Below are positions 51,067-64,000 of a stretch of 64,000 bases of DNA, one piece after another. This DNA is from Eledone cirrhosa (lineage: Eukaryota), in the NCBI GenBank assembly GCA_964016885.1, contig OZ024750.1, positions 36,518,001 through 36,582,000 on the forward strand, in the 5' to 3' direction. Made by a program: the position numbers and the translations under genes. Under the pieces are notes generated by a model. It was not told the DNA's origin. It ran no database searches and saw only the letters and a list, made by a program, of their open reading frames with translations. Each line of letters opens with the position of its first letter. The stretch's first letter is position 1.

Positions 51067-51734
51067 CATAAGTACAGTCAGAAATTTGGGCAGGGATGGA
51101 TAAGGCCCTTTTAAGACCCTTAACACTTAAAAGATTATGAACTCATTGCTCCTACCTACCTGCCTGTACATAAATCTGCAAAAAATGATTCTTTTAAATG
51201 AGAAATATATTTGATTTGAATAAAATGGTACCTCTCTTTCTTTTGTTCTCCTGAGCTTGTATTTGTTTTACTTATTGGGTAATCCTGCTCTGAATCTGGA
51301 GGTATGGAAATGTTGATTATATCAGCAGCAGTATTCAACTGGTATATATTTTATTGATGCCACAAAGAAAGGCAAAGTCAACCTCGACAGGATTTGAACT
51401 CATAAATGGCTACACCCAGGAATTTTGTCCAATACTTGAATGATTCTGCCAAAATTATGATCAGTTATAAAGACAAGGATTACAAGAATGAGATAACTCT
51501 GTTTTTATATATTTTACTTATATGAGAAAGAAAAATAAAAGTAAAATTATGTAATGAGAAAATGGAGATGGGGTAAGGAAGGGTAGATCTGGCTGTATGG
51601 GAAAGTAGAGGAAAGGACTAAGAAAGCCATAAATGAGAAGAAAATGAGGGGGAAAGCAAGGACTCTAGGGCTACAGAAGAATCAGGGTAGGGTGATAGGC
51701 TCAGAGCCTATGGCACAGCAGTTTTAGAGCTGCA

Positions 51735-51830
51735 CTCTGTGGACAAGATTGCAAAAGCATTTGCATGGACAATGGCTTGTGACAGCTGCTGCAACAGCCA
51801 TCCCCAGCTTCCTCAGATGGGTTGCTAATG
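51735..51830 (-). pseudogene. CRE C-terminal fragment
   Basis: Minus-strand translation WLLQQLSQAIVHANAFAILST. Confidence 0.55.
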
Positions 51831-52318
51831 CAACACTATTGAGAAGAAATTAGAATGAGAAGTAGGTTGACAAACAAATTGGTTATTTCTGGATAGTTTA
51901 TGTGTGTTTCTGTATTAACACATATTAAAATAGCATCTAACAACGATTAATATAATTTATTGCATATTTTAGTTGTATGTCATACTATTAGTGTTTAAAG
52001 AAATATAGAAAATTGTGTTCTATTCATATAGAAAAGATTTTTCAACATTTGATAATAATTGCATACTTCAAAGAATTTTTGGATGTAAATTTAAGAAGAG
52101 TTACATCCATTATTAGAATTGAAGTTAAATAACATGAGCCTTAGGCAAAACTTTGCCTTGTGTTTCAAATGTGTTTCAAATGAAACTTGAACATGATTTT
52201 ATAATTTAAAATAGTAATGTCATTCTAATACAACTTTTGCTTTCAAACATTTAAATATTCTATCTTTTCTTTATCTTTTATTGATAATTATTATCATTTC
52301 ACCATAACAATTATCATT

Positions 52319-52782
52319 GGTGGATTGGCAGTATCGGTAGAGGGTCGGGCGCCATGCTTTGAAGCATAGAGTTACCTCTCTTTATGATCTGAGTTCAAAT
52401 CCCGCCGAGGTTAACCTTGCCTTTCATCCTTACGGGGTCGATAAAATAAAGTACCAGTAATGTACTGGGTAATTGCTGGCCTTGTACCAAAAGTAGAAAC
52501 GATTATTATAGAGTATAGGTTATGTTCTGAGTTCAAATCCCGCCAAGGTTAGCTTTGCCTTTCATCCTTATGGGGTCGATAAAATAAAGTACCAGTAACA
52601 CACTGGGGTTGGTTTAATCAGCCAACTTTCCTCTCCCCGAAATTGCTGTCCCTGTGCCTAAATCAGAAACCATTATTATAGAGTAACCTATTAATAGGTT
52701 ACTCTATAATAATTGTTTCTACTTTTGTCACCAGGCCAGCAATTATCCCAGTGCATTACTGGTACTTTATTTTATCGACCCT
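52319..52782. mobile_element. Cluster of three SINE C copies (+, +, -)
   Basis: 52319-52508 +, 52526-52678 +, 52708-52782 -. Confidence 0.88.
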
Positions 52783-54372
52783 GTACTGCCAAACAACCAC
52801 GAGGAATAAGATGGTCGGCTGTACAAAGAGGGTTTATTTACAGTATTAACAATTAAACGATACCTTGTTATCCTATGTATATATATAGTTAGGCAGCGAG
52901 ACAGACAGACAGATGGTGTCAAATACTAAGGCACATCACACGCGACAATTGGCTGCACATCACGTGGGTCAACAGAAATTAACTTTATTGAATGTAAAAT
53001 CAACTGTAATCTGTACAACATATCAAGCAAACACAGATAATACAAATAATAAAGATATAACCTGTTGATCCAATATTTCTGAGGAACAGCATAGAATGAA
53101 GTTAACCCTTTAGCATTTAAACCAGCTGTATCCGGCCAGAATTCTCTCACTTCTTTCTGTTCAAACCGGTTGAAATTGGCCACTCATACTTCTGTTAAGG
53201 TATTGTTCTCAAAATAAATAATATCAAAATCTTATAGATTCGATATTATGTGAGATAAAGCTTTTACCACAGAAATACAATAGAATATATAGAGTAATGT
53301 AAATGCTAAAGTTACAAATCATCTAATACCAGTATCCAAGATGGTCTTCCCCTCATAAGTTTAAACTACCACAAAAGGCATCTTGTTTCTGTTTTCACAG
53401 CTCAATAAAACAATATTTCACTACCTTATTGAAAACAAACCAAGGATCATCAAACATGGCCAGAAATAACAGTCAGACCAGGCAATAGACTTTACAAAAT
53501 TACTGAACATCTTTCTACAATAACATTACTTATCCAATTGAAATTTTTAAGCACATTTAAGCACATTTTTTTCTTTCTTAAAGGAATAATATATCATTGA
53601 CTTCAAACTAAAACCAGGAGTTATTCTAACCATAAAAATTTTAAACAAATATCTTTTGAGCTATATAATATTCCCACTGCTATCTGATATTCAGTGTGAA
53701 TTCAGGAATTAGGTAAATATTTCTAAAATATATATCTTTTATAATATAACTAAGGATTCTAATAACCATTGTCTAATTCTTTGCAAAAGATAAGAGCACC
53801 CTATTTGATTTCTAAAAATAAAAGAAATAAAAAATAACAGGGCCTTTGGCTCAGGATGATTTTAATGTTATAGGAGGAAAAGCATACGTAAAATAGAGCA
53901 AAATTGTTAACATTAAATAGACAATATTCACCCATGATCAACTCAAATCTAGTTTCAAATCTTTAAAGCTCATCTTATGTAAACCTTTGTTAATTGAAAT
54001 GAATATATATCTTTTATAATATAACTAAAAGATCTGTTTTACTAATTCTTTGCAAAGAATGGGATGATAAGGATGGATAAGGATGATTTTAATGTTATTA
54101 AAAGAATATATAAAATAGAGAATAGTCACTCAAAACTAGTTTCAAATCTTTAAAGCTCATCTCGTATAAACCTTTGTTAATTGAAACATATATACATAAT
54201 TTTTTTGTTTCCATATTGAAGCCTTCAAACTAAAACATTCAACATTCAACAACTTTAAATTCACAATTTAATAATTGCTTCCAGTGTGAAAGTTGGGTAA
54301 TGGTTATATTATATGTAGACTATTCCAAACATAATTGAAGTGCACCTGAGCACTGTACACAATAATTTTCAT

Positions 54373-54850
54373 GGATTGGCAGTATCGGTAGAGGGTCGGA
54401 CGCCATGCTTTCCAGCATAGTTATGTCCCTTTACGATCTGAGTTCAAATCCCGCCGAGGTTGACTTTGCCTTTCATCCTTACGGGGTCGATAAAATAAAG
54501 TACCAGTAATGCACTGGGTAATTGCTGGCCTTGTGCCAAAAGTAGAAACAATTATTATATATATGTGTAGAGTGGTGGATTGGCAGTATTGGTAGTATTG
54601 GCAGTATTGGTAGAGTGTCAGAGTTATGGCCCTTAATGATCTGAGTTCAAATCCCGCCGCGGTTAGCTTTGCCTTTCATCCTTAAGGGGTCGATAAAATA
54701 AAGTACTGGTAATGCACTGGGGTAATTGCTGGCCTTGTACCAAACGTAGAAACAATTATTATATATATGTGTAGATTGGCAGTACTGATAGAGGGTCGGA
54801 CACCATGCTTTGCAGCATAGAGTAATGGCCTTTTATGTTCTGAGTTCAAA
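54373..54850 (+). mobile_element. Three head-to-tail SINE C copies
   Basis: 54373-54558, 54572-54760, 54775-54850 (last one 3'-truncated). Confidence 0.9.
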
Positions 54851-55110
54851 TTATATATATGTGTGTGTGTGTATATATGTTTGTGCCACCCAGCTAACTT
54901 TTGTTTCCTCCCCACTTTCTTAACAATGTATATTTTACAAAAATATATCTTCAAAGATATAAAGTACCATTGTGTTTATAACATTAAAAAAACAAACAGT
55001 AACTCTCATTCATGGAAAATAATACCAAAAATCAGTAAATTTCGCTGATAATTTAGGTTTTCATTTAAAGCTTGGTATTTTCAGTCCATTTTTTCCTTAA
55101 TCTCTTACAT

Positions 55111-55422
55111 CTGAGGTTCTCGAACTCTTTGGACCACCTGCCACATAATGCCCTCAGCGTCCCCCAACCCTATTTCCAGAGAGACCTGCTTACATTCAAA
55201 TTGTAAATAATATATATACTATGTATAGACAAATATTATATATTTTTTATTTTAATATATTTATATATAATATGTATCATTTGATATTTGATATACTATT
55301 ATATTATCTCTAGCACTCCCACTGCCCCCCTTACATCCCAGCGCCTCCTTGGACCTTCTCAGCGGCCCTGGTGAGCGGTAGTGCATACTTGGGAGCGGTA
55401 GCGCACACTTTAAGAACCTCTG
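55111..55422. mobile_element. hAT MITE, family M2
   Basis: TIRs ctgaggttctcgaa / ttaagaacctctg; perfect 8-bp TSD tcttacat. Confidence 0.9.
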
Positions 55423-55548
55423 TCTTACATATTGGCAAAACATTCTCACAATGAAATACATTACATTAAACTCTATGTTATATAACAACACTAAACTGAA
55501 TTCCAACTTTTGCAACTTACTAACTAACAGTATCTTTATAGCAAACAA

Positions 55549-55733
55549 GGGCGGTGGATTGGCAGTATCGGTAGAGGGTCGGACGCCATGCTTTCAAGCA
55601 TAGTTACGTCCCTTTACGATCTGAGTTCAAATCCCGCCGAGGTTGACTTTGCCTTTCATCCTTACGGGGTCGATAAAATAAAGTACCAGTAATGCACTGG
55701 GTAATTGCTGGCCTTGTGCCTAAAGTAGAAACA
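55549..55733 (+). mobile_element. SINE family C, full length, with a 20-bp TSD
   Basis: agtatctttatagcaaacaa at 55529-55548 and 55734-55753; B box gagttcaaatcc; the central gactttgcctttcatcc..ggggtcgataaaataaagtaccag resembles my recollection of the MetaSINE conserved domain. Confidence 0.93.
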
Positions 55734-56204
55734 AGTATCTTTATAGCAAACAATCCAGTACACTCTGCTGCTGGGGAGGAGGCTGTGAAGGGCATCAAGC
55801 TCTAGAAATCATGGAAAATATGGAACCTATGAACAAGATGAGGTCTCTTCAACCCATCTAGTCTTAGATAATGACAACCCATGCCAGCATGATAGTGGGC
55901 ATAAAATGATTATATATTTTATATATAAGATGACAATGGATTGCCAGTCATTGAAATGTCTACACTCTGAGTTTCAATCTTGCCAAGGTCAAATTTCAAG
56001 GTTGATAAAAAAAAGTACCAGTCTAGTACTGGGGTTGATTCTTCCTCTATATATCTTTCTCCACTCCTTTCTCCTACTGTCTATCCTTCTCTGGAAGTAA
56101 TCTGCAGTACTCAGACCTGGAGAGGGATGTGTTCCTCTAGGTTTAAACACTGTATGCCACTACAGCGCCTCTATGACTCCATCAGGAGTTATGGAACCAT
56201 ACAA

Positions 56205-56235
<31 letters not shown>

Positions 56236-56237
56236 AA

Positions 56238-56560
56238 GGAGGCACATGGCTTAGTGGTTAGAGCATTGGCCTTGCAATCGAAAGGTGAGTTCAACTCTCA
56301 GACCGGGTGATCTGTTGTTTCCTTGAGCAAGACACTTTATTTCACATTGCTCCAGTTTACTCAGCTGTAGAAATGAGATGATAGGGACTGGGGTCCCTAT
56401 CATTCCACTGCAAAGTGGACGTGTAGGTACCACGGCAAAAAAGCACCTAGCACTCACTGTAAATGAGGTTGGTGTTAGGAAGGGCATCCAGCTGTAGAAA
56501 TCAAGCCAGAATCAGTTCCTGTCCCACCCTTACAAGCAGGGAAAAGCGGACATAAAATGA
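56238..56560 (+). mobile_element. SINE family A
   Basis: Full-length match to the other copies. Confidence 0.9.
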
Positions 56561-56582
56561 TTCTAAATGATTCTAAATGATT

Positions 56583-58037
56583 CTAAAGATCTCGATCCAG
56601 TGACATTGTCTTAGAGAGGTGCAAGTGTGCAAGGTGGGAATTTATCATGTCGTCCCAGGCTTTTCTGGGTCTACCTATTCTGTAACTTACATTAATTTTG
56701 ATTGCCCTGCATCTGTTTATACAGCTGTTGTCTTTCATGTGCATCACGTGACCATACCAACGTAATCTTCTCTCAAGTAAACAGCATCTGATCCCTTTTA
56801 TTCCTAATTTTTCACTTAGTTCATTTATGTTTTGCCGTTTGTGTATATTACTATTACACAGCCAATGGAGCATGCATGCTTCATTCCTTTCCAGTCTGCG
56901 CAGGTCCTCTGCACACAATACCCATGTCTCACTGCAATGTAATATTGCTGTTTGTATACAAGCACCATACAATCTGCCTTTCATTTTCAGAGAGAAACCT
57001 TTTGTGGCCAACAGCGGTATAAAGTCTCTGAACTTTTTCCATTCCGTTCTAACTTTGGCTACTGTACTTTCAGAGCACCCTCCAGCACTGCTGATTTCGT
57101 CACCTAGGTAACGGAAAATGTCCACTATTTCTATAGAACCATCTGGGCAGTAGAAGGAGCTGGTATCCTGTGGACACTTGCTATTTATTGTACCTGAGCA
57201 TCAGCCACATATTAAATCTACATTCTTAGATAGCTTGCCTGTGATCCCACTACATCTTTTATTTACTCATAGTTTGCATTTGGAACATAGAATTGAATTT
57301 CAACCTACTCCTTTCCTTCATACTGAGCATGGCCATTTTCCAGAAGGCACCTGTGCTCTATTTTCCTTTCTACATACTTCTACTTTAGTCTTAGACAAGT
57401 TAACTTTAAGGCCTTTTGATTCTAGGCCATGCTTCCATGTTTGGAATTTCTTCTCAAGTTCAGCAATAGATTCAGCTATGAGAGTTAGATCATCTGCATA
57501 TAGAAGTTCCCATGTGCAGCAAGTCTTAAACTCCTCTGTTATAGCCTGAAGGGCAATAATAAACAGGGGGAGGCTAAGGATAGCCTTGATGAACACCTTC
57601 TTTTATGCTAAATTCTTCACTATATTCATTGTTAATTCTAACCTGACTGTACCTTTATACATGGCTTAATTCTAACCTGACTGTATCTTTATACATGGCT
57701 TGTATAGCTCTCACAAGCCATTCATCTACTCCTAGCTTTCTAAGGACCCACCAGATAATGGAGCGTGGGCCTCTGTCAAAGGCTTTCTCCAAGTCAACAA
57801 AAGCTAAGTAGAGGGGTTTACTTTTAGCTAGGTACATCTGTAGTTGTCATACAAGGAAAAGAACATCTGTGGTACTTTTACCTGACACAAACCCAAACTG
57901 CATTTCATCTAGATCAATTTGATTTCTGATTAGTTGTGCAATAACTCTTTCTGTGACCTTCATGACCTGGTCAACTAACTTAATGCCTCTATAGTTTCCC
58001 CTATCTAGAGTATCTCCTTTACCCTTGTAGCAGTTAA
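56583..58037 (-). mobile_element. RTE-clade LINE RT/C-terminal fragment, frameshifted
   Basis: YKGKGD..NYRGIKL, QFGFVSGKST, FVDLEKAFDR, LLYADD, FRYLG, RRLRWYGHV, GRPRKAW. Confidence 0.92.
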
Positions 58038-58064
58038 CGATGATGATGATATATATATATATAA

Positions 58065-58137
58065 AAGCAAGTATTGCACCAAGAAAAATATAAATTTCTT
58101 GCTGATGTTTATATTTTTCTTGGTGCAATACTTGCTT
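58065..58137. repeat. Perfect 30-bp hairpin with a 13-nt loop
   Basis: aagcaagtattgcaccaagaaaaatataaa / tttatatttttcttggtgcaatacttgctt. Confidence 0.95.
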
Positions 58138-58310
58138 AAATAATATACTCCATGATCTCTTCTGGACCTATATTCCATATTCCCCTGCTTGAATATTTAA
58201 GCTATACGATTAAAGGATAGTATTGAGTCAAACTCACTGGTAAGCAGTTTTCTTGTTTAAGCATTCATTCCTGATATACTGTACATAAACAAAACCTTAT
58301 CTACCTTCAC

Positions 58311-58341
<31 letters not shown>

Positions 58342-61300
58342 GTGATGCCGAAACCAGGGAGACCACAAACCAAGGCACACTCTAAATATATTTTTAGAGA
58401 TGGACAGATACACTGCTTCTGTACGTGGTCTAAACTTAATCCAAGGGAGATAAATGTAATTTCTTCTGATATTTGTTTTCCTTTTTATATTGAGAAATGA
58501 TTCATATCTTAATGAATTCTATCGATCTTTTTGTGGCTTTTTCTCAATATTTTTCTTTTAAAAATGGATGCTAAACATTCTATCAAAAATGACAAATATG
58601 AATGATTTAATTGATGAGTTATTAATTAATAAGATTATTTTATTTTCAGAAGGATGAATGTCTGTTACTTAATATATCTTAATGTTTATCTTTACATCGT
58701 ATTTGTTTAGTGTTGAATACAACTGTATAACTTTTATTATTATGTAATTAATGAACAGCCATACATTACCTACATAATCTTTAGCACAAACAACTGAATC
58801 ACATAATAACATCATGGATGTTGAGCAAGATGGTTGGATAACATCTATGAGCTTGGCTGGGCATTCTTGTTCACCACATTAAATATATTAACACTTACTG
58901 TATTTATCCCGAGTAATTTCCCTCAGTTACTAGTTAACATGTTAATGGTTTACATTTCATGACTGAAGATTTACTACTAAACCAGTTTAATGTCCTACAG
59001 CAGCAAACAGAGAATAATTACCATGAGCAATGAATGAGCCACATTAAGTAGTGATTTGTCAGCAGACAGTTCTTTTTCAATCTTTCTATGGACAAAATCT
59101 GAAAAGGAATTGCACCCTGACAAGAAAGAGAAGTATCTATGAACTGCTTAAATGCCAGGAAAATAATTTGGATATTTTTCTGCACCTGACAACAATTTCC
59201 AGTAGCACACCTCAGATATAAATGAAAAAAAAAAACAAAGACAAACAATTAATAAAAATAAAAACCATCAAATTAAAATAGCTATCACATCCACTTTATA
59301 GCAAAGAGAATGACATTTAAACATTCAGTTGCAAAACACATCACTTGACAATTCATGCACATATCCTAATTTATGCAAGAAAAATCCAATTCATGTTAGC
59401 ATGAGGAAAATTTGGATGTAATAATGTTAAAGAAGCAAAATTGTAATTTGCATGTGTAAAGGTTATAGATATGATAAAATAAAGAAATTATTTGCATACC
59501 ATAGCCTGAAATAGTCTCTGTCATTGATTACCATCTTTTAATGCAATAAAAGTAGAAAATTGTTCATAAAACTTCTATTCTGATCAATTACTACAGCTAG
59601 TTGTGGCATGAGGACAGCAGTGTTTGGCAAATTGCTCAGCCATTTACTTCAAATGCTGTTGATGCATAAAAAAAAATGTTTTCATTGAAAGTGTATAGAG
59701 CTAAATATTTTATGACTGTATCAGGTTGAAGCTAATACATTCTTCCACAACAATGAGAATTTAAACTGCTGTTGACACTTTGTAAATCACCATATAGTTG
59801 TAAGAATTAAATTGTTATAAATGCATTAAAAGAATACATAAATGTAGAGTTTCTTGTAACAAATGCTATCATTAAAATAGATGAAAGATAAATATAGTGT
59901 ATTATATTATTGATTATCAGTGTTAAATCAAACATCTACAAGATCAGATCTTAATATATGAGCCTTCCTTCAAACGTAATAAAAATTCTAAAATTCTAAT
60001 TCATGTCTCACTTCGAATGGATATTTTTGTGCCTGTGATATTAGAGTTCCAGACTAAACATCATATAGCATTTATTTTCAATGCTTTAAATTCTGAGTTC
60101 AAAGATGCCATCATTAGATACTACCCTTTATATATCTGGTATAGATTAAATAAACACAATTTCCATAAAGAGGTTATTTCAGTTGATTGTTTTCTTCTCT
60201 GAAAAGCCTTGCATTGAATTTAATAAAGTTCAATAAACATTATGTATTGAACCATAACATCTGATGGTGTCATAGTGACATATGACGTGAGCATTTTCAA
60301 CCTGGTGGAGCCCTTCCCTTCACCAGGTCTGAACATAGCCAATTTCTTCAAAAGAAGAAGAGAAAGTGAGATTGAATTAAAGTTAAAATTAATAAAAACA
60401 AAATACAATTTAATAAAAACAAAATACACTATTAACCCTTTAGCATTTAAACCAACCATATCCGGCCAGGATTCTCTCACCTCTTTCTGTTCAAACTGGC
60501 TGTAACTGGCCACTCTTACTGATGTTAAGGTATTGTTCTTAAAATAAATAATATCAAAATCTCATAGATTCGATATTATGCGATAAAGCCTTTACTGTGA
60601 AAATACAATAGTATATACAGAGAAATGTAAAGGGTTAAAGGGAACAGGAAAAAAAGGAAATGAAATGAAAGAGAAAAAAAGGTAGAGAAGTGAGGGACAG
60701 ACACTACACTCCAGTTTGAGCGGTGGGCAGGGTTGTATAAATAGTTGGTAAAATTAAAGATGTTAATTTTATTTTCAAAAGATAGTTAAACATGAGAAAG
60801 AAAATGAAGTGAGAAATATATGCTACTTCTTAGAAAAGTAACATTCACCTCATCTTCTCAACTCTTGAATTTTCCAACACTGAATAAAATATAATAAATT
60901 TTCAGATCTTCAGTTTTTTTATATCAACGATCTTATCAAAATATAATTTCACTATCACACATATTAATACAATAGCTAAATGCTCAAATGTGAAATTGTA
61001 TTGCATAAACAATAGAGATGTAATAATTAATGCAATACTTGTAACTCATACATTATCTTCTTAACACAATTATTGCTATGACAACATTTTATTTCAGTTG
61101 GAGCTAAATTTTAATTGATTTGTTGCATCAAAAACAGTTCATGTTTTTATAATAATGCTGCAATATTTGGTTAATGTCATGCTAATCTTTTGTTATATTA
61201 ATATAATATTTGCTTAAATGTTTTCATATGCATTAGAAGAATGATTTGTGCATTACATATAGATGAGTTTGAATCACAACTTGGTAGCTGTTGTTTTAAG

Positions 61301-61483
61301 ATAATTAGATAATATTTTTAAATTATGGTCAATGTAAAAACTGAAGATATGCTAATATATCTTATTTTATTCTATGATGCCACCTGTGATAAATAATTTG
61401 TGATTAGAGGATTTTGACATTTGAATTCATTGTTGGTTTTGCCTGTAAAATCTGTCCAGTGATACTTAATGTCTCAGGAAAGA

Positions 61484-61700
61484 ATTACTGGATAGATTTT
61501 ACTGGCAAAACCAACCAGCAAGAGACCCAGGGGTAGATCCTGAGCAAGATGGTTGGATAACATCCAAAAGCTTGGCTGGTCCTGCTTGGGGATCCAGCCG
61601 GAGCAGATGGGGATGGTTGCTTCTGACAGGACCCGCTGGAAGGAGTGTTTGAGGGCCTTGCCCCCACGACCCTCTCAGGAATAAGTGGGCAAAGAAAATG
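61484..61700 (+). mobile_element. RTE (Expander/Rex3-like) 3' end fragment
   Basis: KRPRGRS*ARWLDNI...ASDRTRWKECLRALPPRPSQE*. Confidence 0.7.
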
Positions 61701-61849
61701 TCACAAGTGATAAAAAGAAATTTCTTAATAAGAGAATTTAGACTTTTGAAATCATTATGTTTATAGTAAATGTATATCGACAGGTTAAAGTAATAGTTCA
61801 AATATTAAATTGATTGTTCATATGTTTGGATTTCTAAGTATGTTATGAT

Positions 61850-62450
61850 AAAATTAGCATGTTACAACTTTTGTTCCCATCATGATCCCAGATATATGCT
61901 TTTAATGTTGCTGTTGAAATCAACATAATAATTTTACAGAATAGATTTTATTCCTTCAGTGATGGATATTTTGTTATTTGTTCAGGTTGTTCGGTAAAAA
62001 GAATTCAATGACATCTATACTATGTTATGTACAATTGTAGAACTTTGTCTCTGTTGATATTTTTCAGGAAATAACTTAACATGTCTAAGACGTCTTCTAT
62101 GAAACTTGGTATCTGTTTCAGCGTAAGTTTCAAAAGAATATCCCCAAAATAATTGATTCTGTGGATTTCATAAGACAGACTTGTGATGATTAGTCTTAAT
62201 ATAACATTGTTAGGATATGGTGGGTTAATACACATTAAAGTTGATTATATGCAAGCTTTATTTATTGGTTTGCCTTTGTGGATTTTAGGGAATCTATAAA
62301 AAGTACTGGCTTCACATTTAAAATTCAATAAATAATCACATTTCTTATTCATTAAACCTTTCCAGATTAAATATATGAAGGTGATACATTTCTCTATCAT
62401 TTATCGTTTTTAATTGTTTAATTATTCATAATAGTTAGTATCTTATTGTG
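61850..62450 (-). pseudogene. Decayed PLE RT N-terminal region
   Basis: Minus-strand translation FYRFPKIHK...LRLIIT...DILLK..KQIPSFIEDVLD. Confidence 0.65.
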
Positions 62451-62894
62451 AAGTTCATGCAGTATTTCTGTAATATTAAAAATCCATACATTTATTGGCT
62501 TCTTTAATTACTAAATCATTATCACTTTGATTTCATGGATGGTTTCACCTGGCATTTGATTCATAATTTAGAGGTGATAATTCATTATAGGAAAATTGGG
62601 TTATAAATCACTGAATTTGTCGTTTTGTTCCTAGCTCTACTTTTTTATGGAACTTTAGTTACTTCTTTCTTATTGTTGGACCAGGATTTTCTGGTCCAAC
62701 AACTTCAAAGACTGGACTGGTCACAACACTGAGACCCTACTACATATGATGGAGAATACAGACCAATGGTGACAATTGACTGTAAAATCATCTAGAGTGG
62801 CACTCCAGCGACTTGCTACACCTGTTGCAGGAACATGATAATGAATTACTTATGCTTCTTAGAATCAATCTTCTTTTCTTCTTTTCGTATCTTC

Positions 62895-63985
62895 GAAGCA
62901 TGTGGTTATACGACAGTTTCCCATTTCTTTACACAGTCCTTTTCATTAATATTAAATTCTGCGAGATCTTTTAAGCTGCACTGGTTGGGCAGTAGAGGGC
63001 AAACAAGGCAGTGCTGCATAGTATGATCCTCCTCTCCACATTCGCAGATGGTTGGGCCCCGGTCTTGTAGCCCCATCTGGCCATAGCAGCTTTTGATCGC
63101 CCCATTCCTGTTCTCAGGCGGTTGAGTGTCTTCCACTGGACCCATGGTGCTTCTGAGCCATGAGGGAGGGCTTCTGGAGGGGGGATTCCCATCTCAATAG
63201 GAGAGGAGTCATTCTCTAGCATTCTAATCCATAGCTGTAGTCTGGTTTCTTCCTGAGATGTTGTTAGGGGCTGGACATGGCTAAGGAAGCTTCTCCTTGA
63301 TTTCAGTCATTGGGCCGGAGGTTCACGTCCATGAAGGAGGTGGCGTTCATCACTGATAGCCTTTGTGATCTCTACTCGGCTGGCAGCTTCCTGTCTCACA
63401 TCTGAAGGGGCAGGGGCAATGCCACCAAGGAGATGCAGGTGGTTCAGGTTGGTAGGCTTCAGGCAACCAGTGATCAAACGGCAGGTGTTGCTCAACGCTG
63501 GGTCTAGTTTACTGGCATGGTTGATCTCTCCCAAACAGGACACGTGTACTCCGCAGAGGAATAGCACAAGGCCAAGGCATCTTAGTGTGTGTGCTGTGGC
63601 TCCCCATTTAGAGTTGGTAAGTTTCCGTAGGTTGTTATTCCGGGAGCTGACTTTCAATTTGGTGTTTTTGATGTGTTCCTTGAATGAGTGGGTGCGGTCC
63701 AGGGTTACACCAAGGTAGACATGATTGGTGCAGTTCTCAGGTGGTGTTCCTAACCATGTTATGTTAAGAGGTCGGTTGGCTTCCTGGTTCCAGAGATGGA
63801 ACGAGCAGGCTTGAGTCTTCGCAGGGTTTGCGTGCAGGTGGTTGCTCTCATAGTAGAGGAGTAGCTCATCCGGGGCTGAGTTGAGGTTTGCTTCTACTGC
63901 TTCGAACGTACTCTCTTGGGATGTAACACAGAGGTCGTCAGCGTAGATGAACCGCTCAGTGCTCTGATCCATTGGCTGAATCAAT
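62895..63985 (-). mobile_element. I-group LINE 3' fragment, Vingi-like
   Basis: FIYADD, NHLHANPAKTQ, YLGVTLDR, KWGA, WKTLNRLRTG, CECGEEDHTMQHCLVCP. Confidence 0.85.
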
Positions 63986-64000
63986 AATTCATCATTATTT

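Overview
AT-rich, repeat-saturated eukaryotic DNA with no confidently identifiable host gene. The SINE, RTE and microsatellite content looks cephalopod (octopus-like); that assignment is an inference. Retroelement content: a 5'-truncated Penelope-like element (PLE) with an unbroken RT/GIY-YIG ORF, decayed CRE, CR1, R4/Dong, RTE and Vingi-like LINEs, a Ty3/Gypsy remnant with a probable LTR, and two tRNA-headed SINE families. DNA-element content: hAT, piggyBac, Tc1/mariner and Helitron-type non-autonomous elements. There are also many micro- and minisatellites. The most striking signal is about 14 type I hammerhead ribozyme (HHR) motifs, intact to decayed and mostly in unrelated sequence. Nearly all lie in 150-650 bp cassettes between (TA)n tracts, many are followed closely by AATAAA, and several are part of fold-back structures. 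One is in the 3' terminal region of the PLE, and a solo copy of that region lies about 25 kb away. Coordinates were read by eye and repeat boundaries are approximate.
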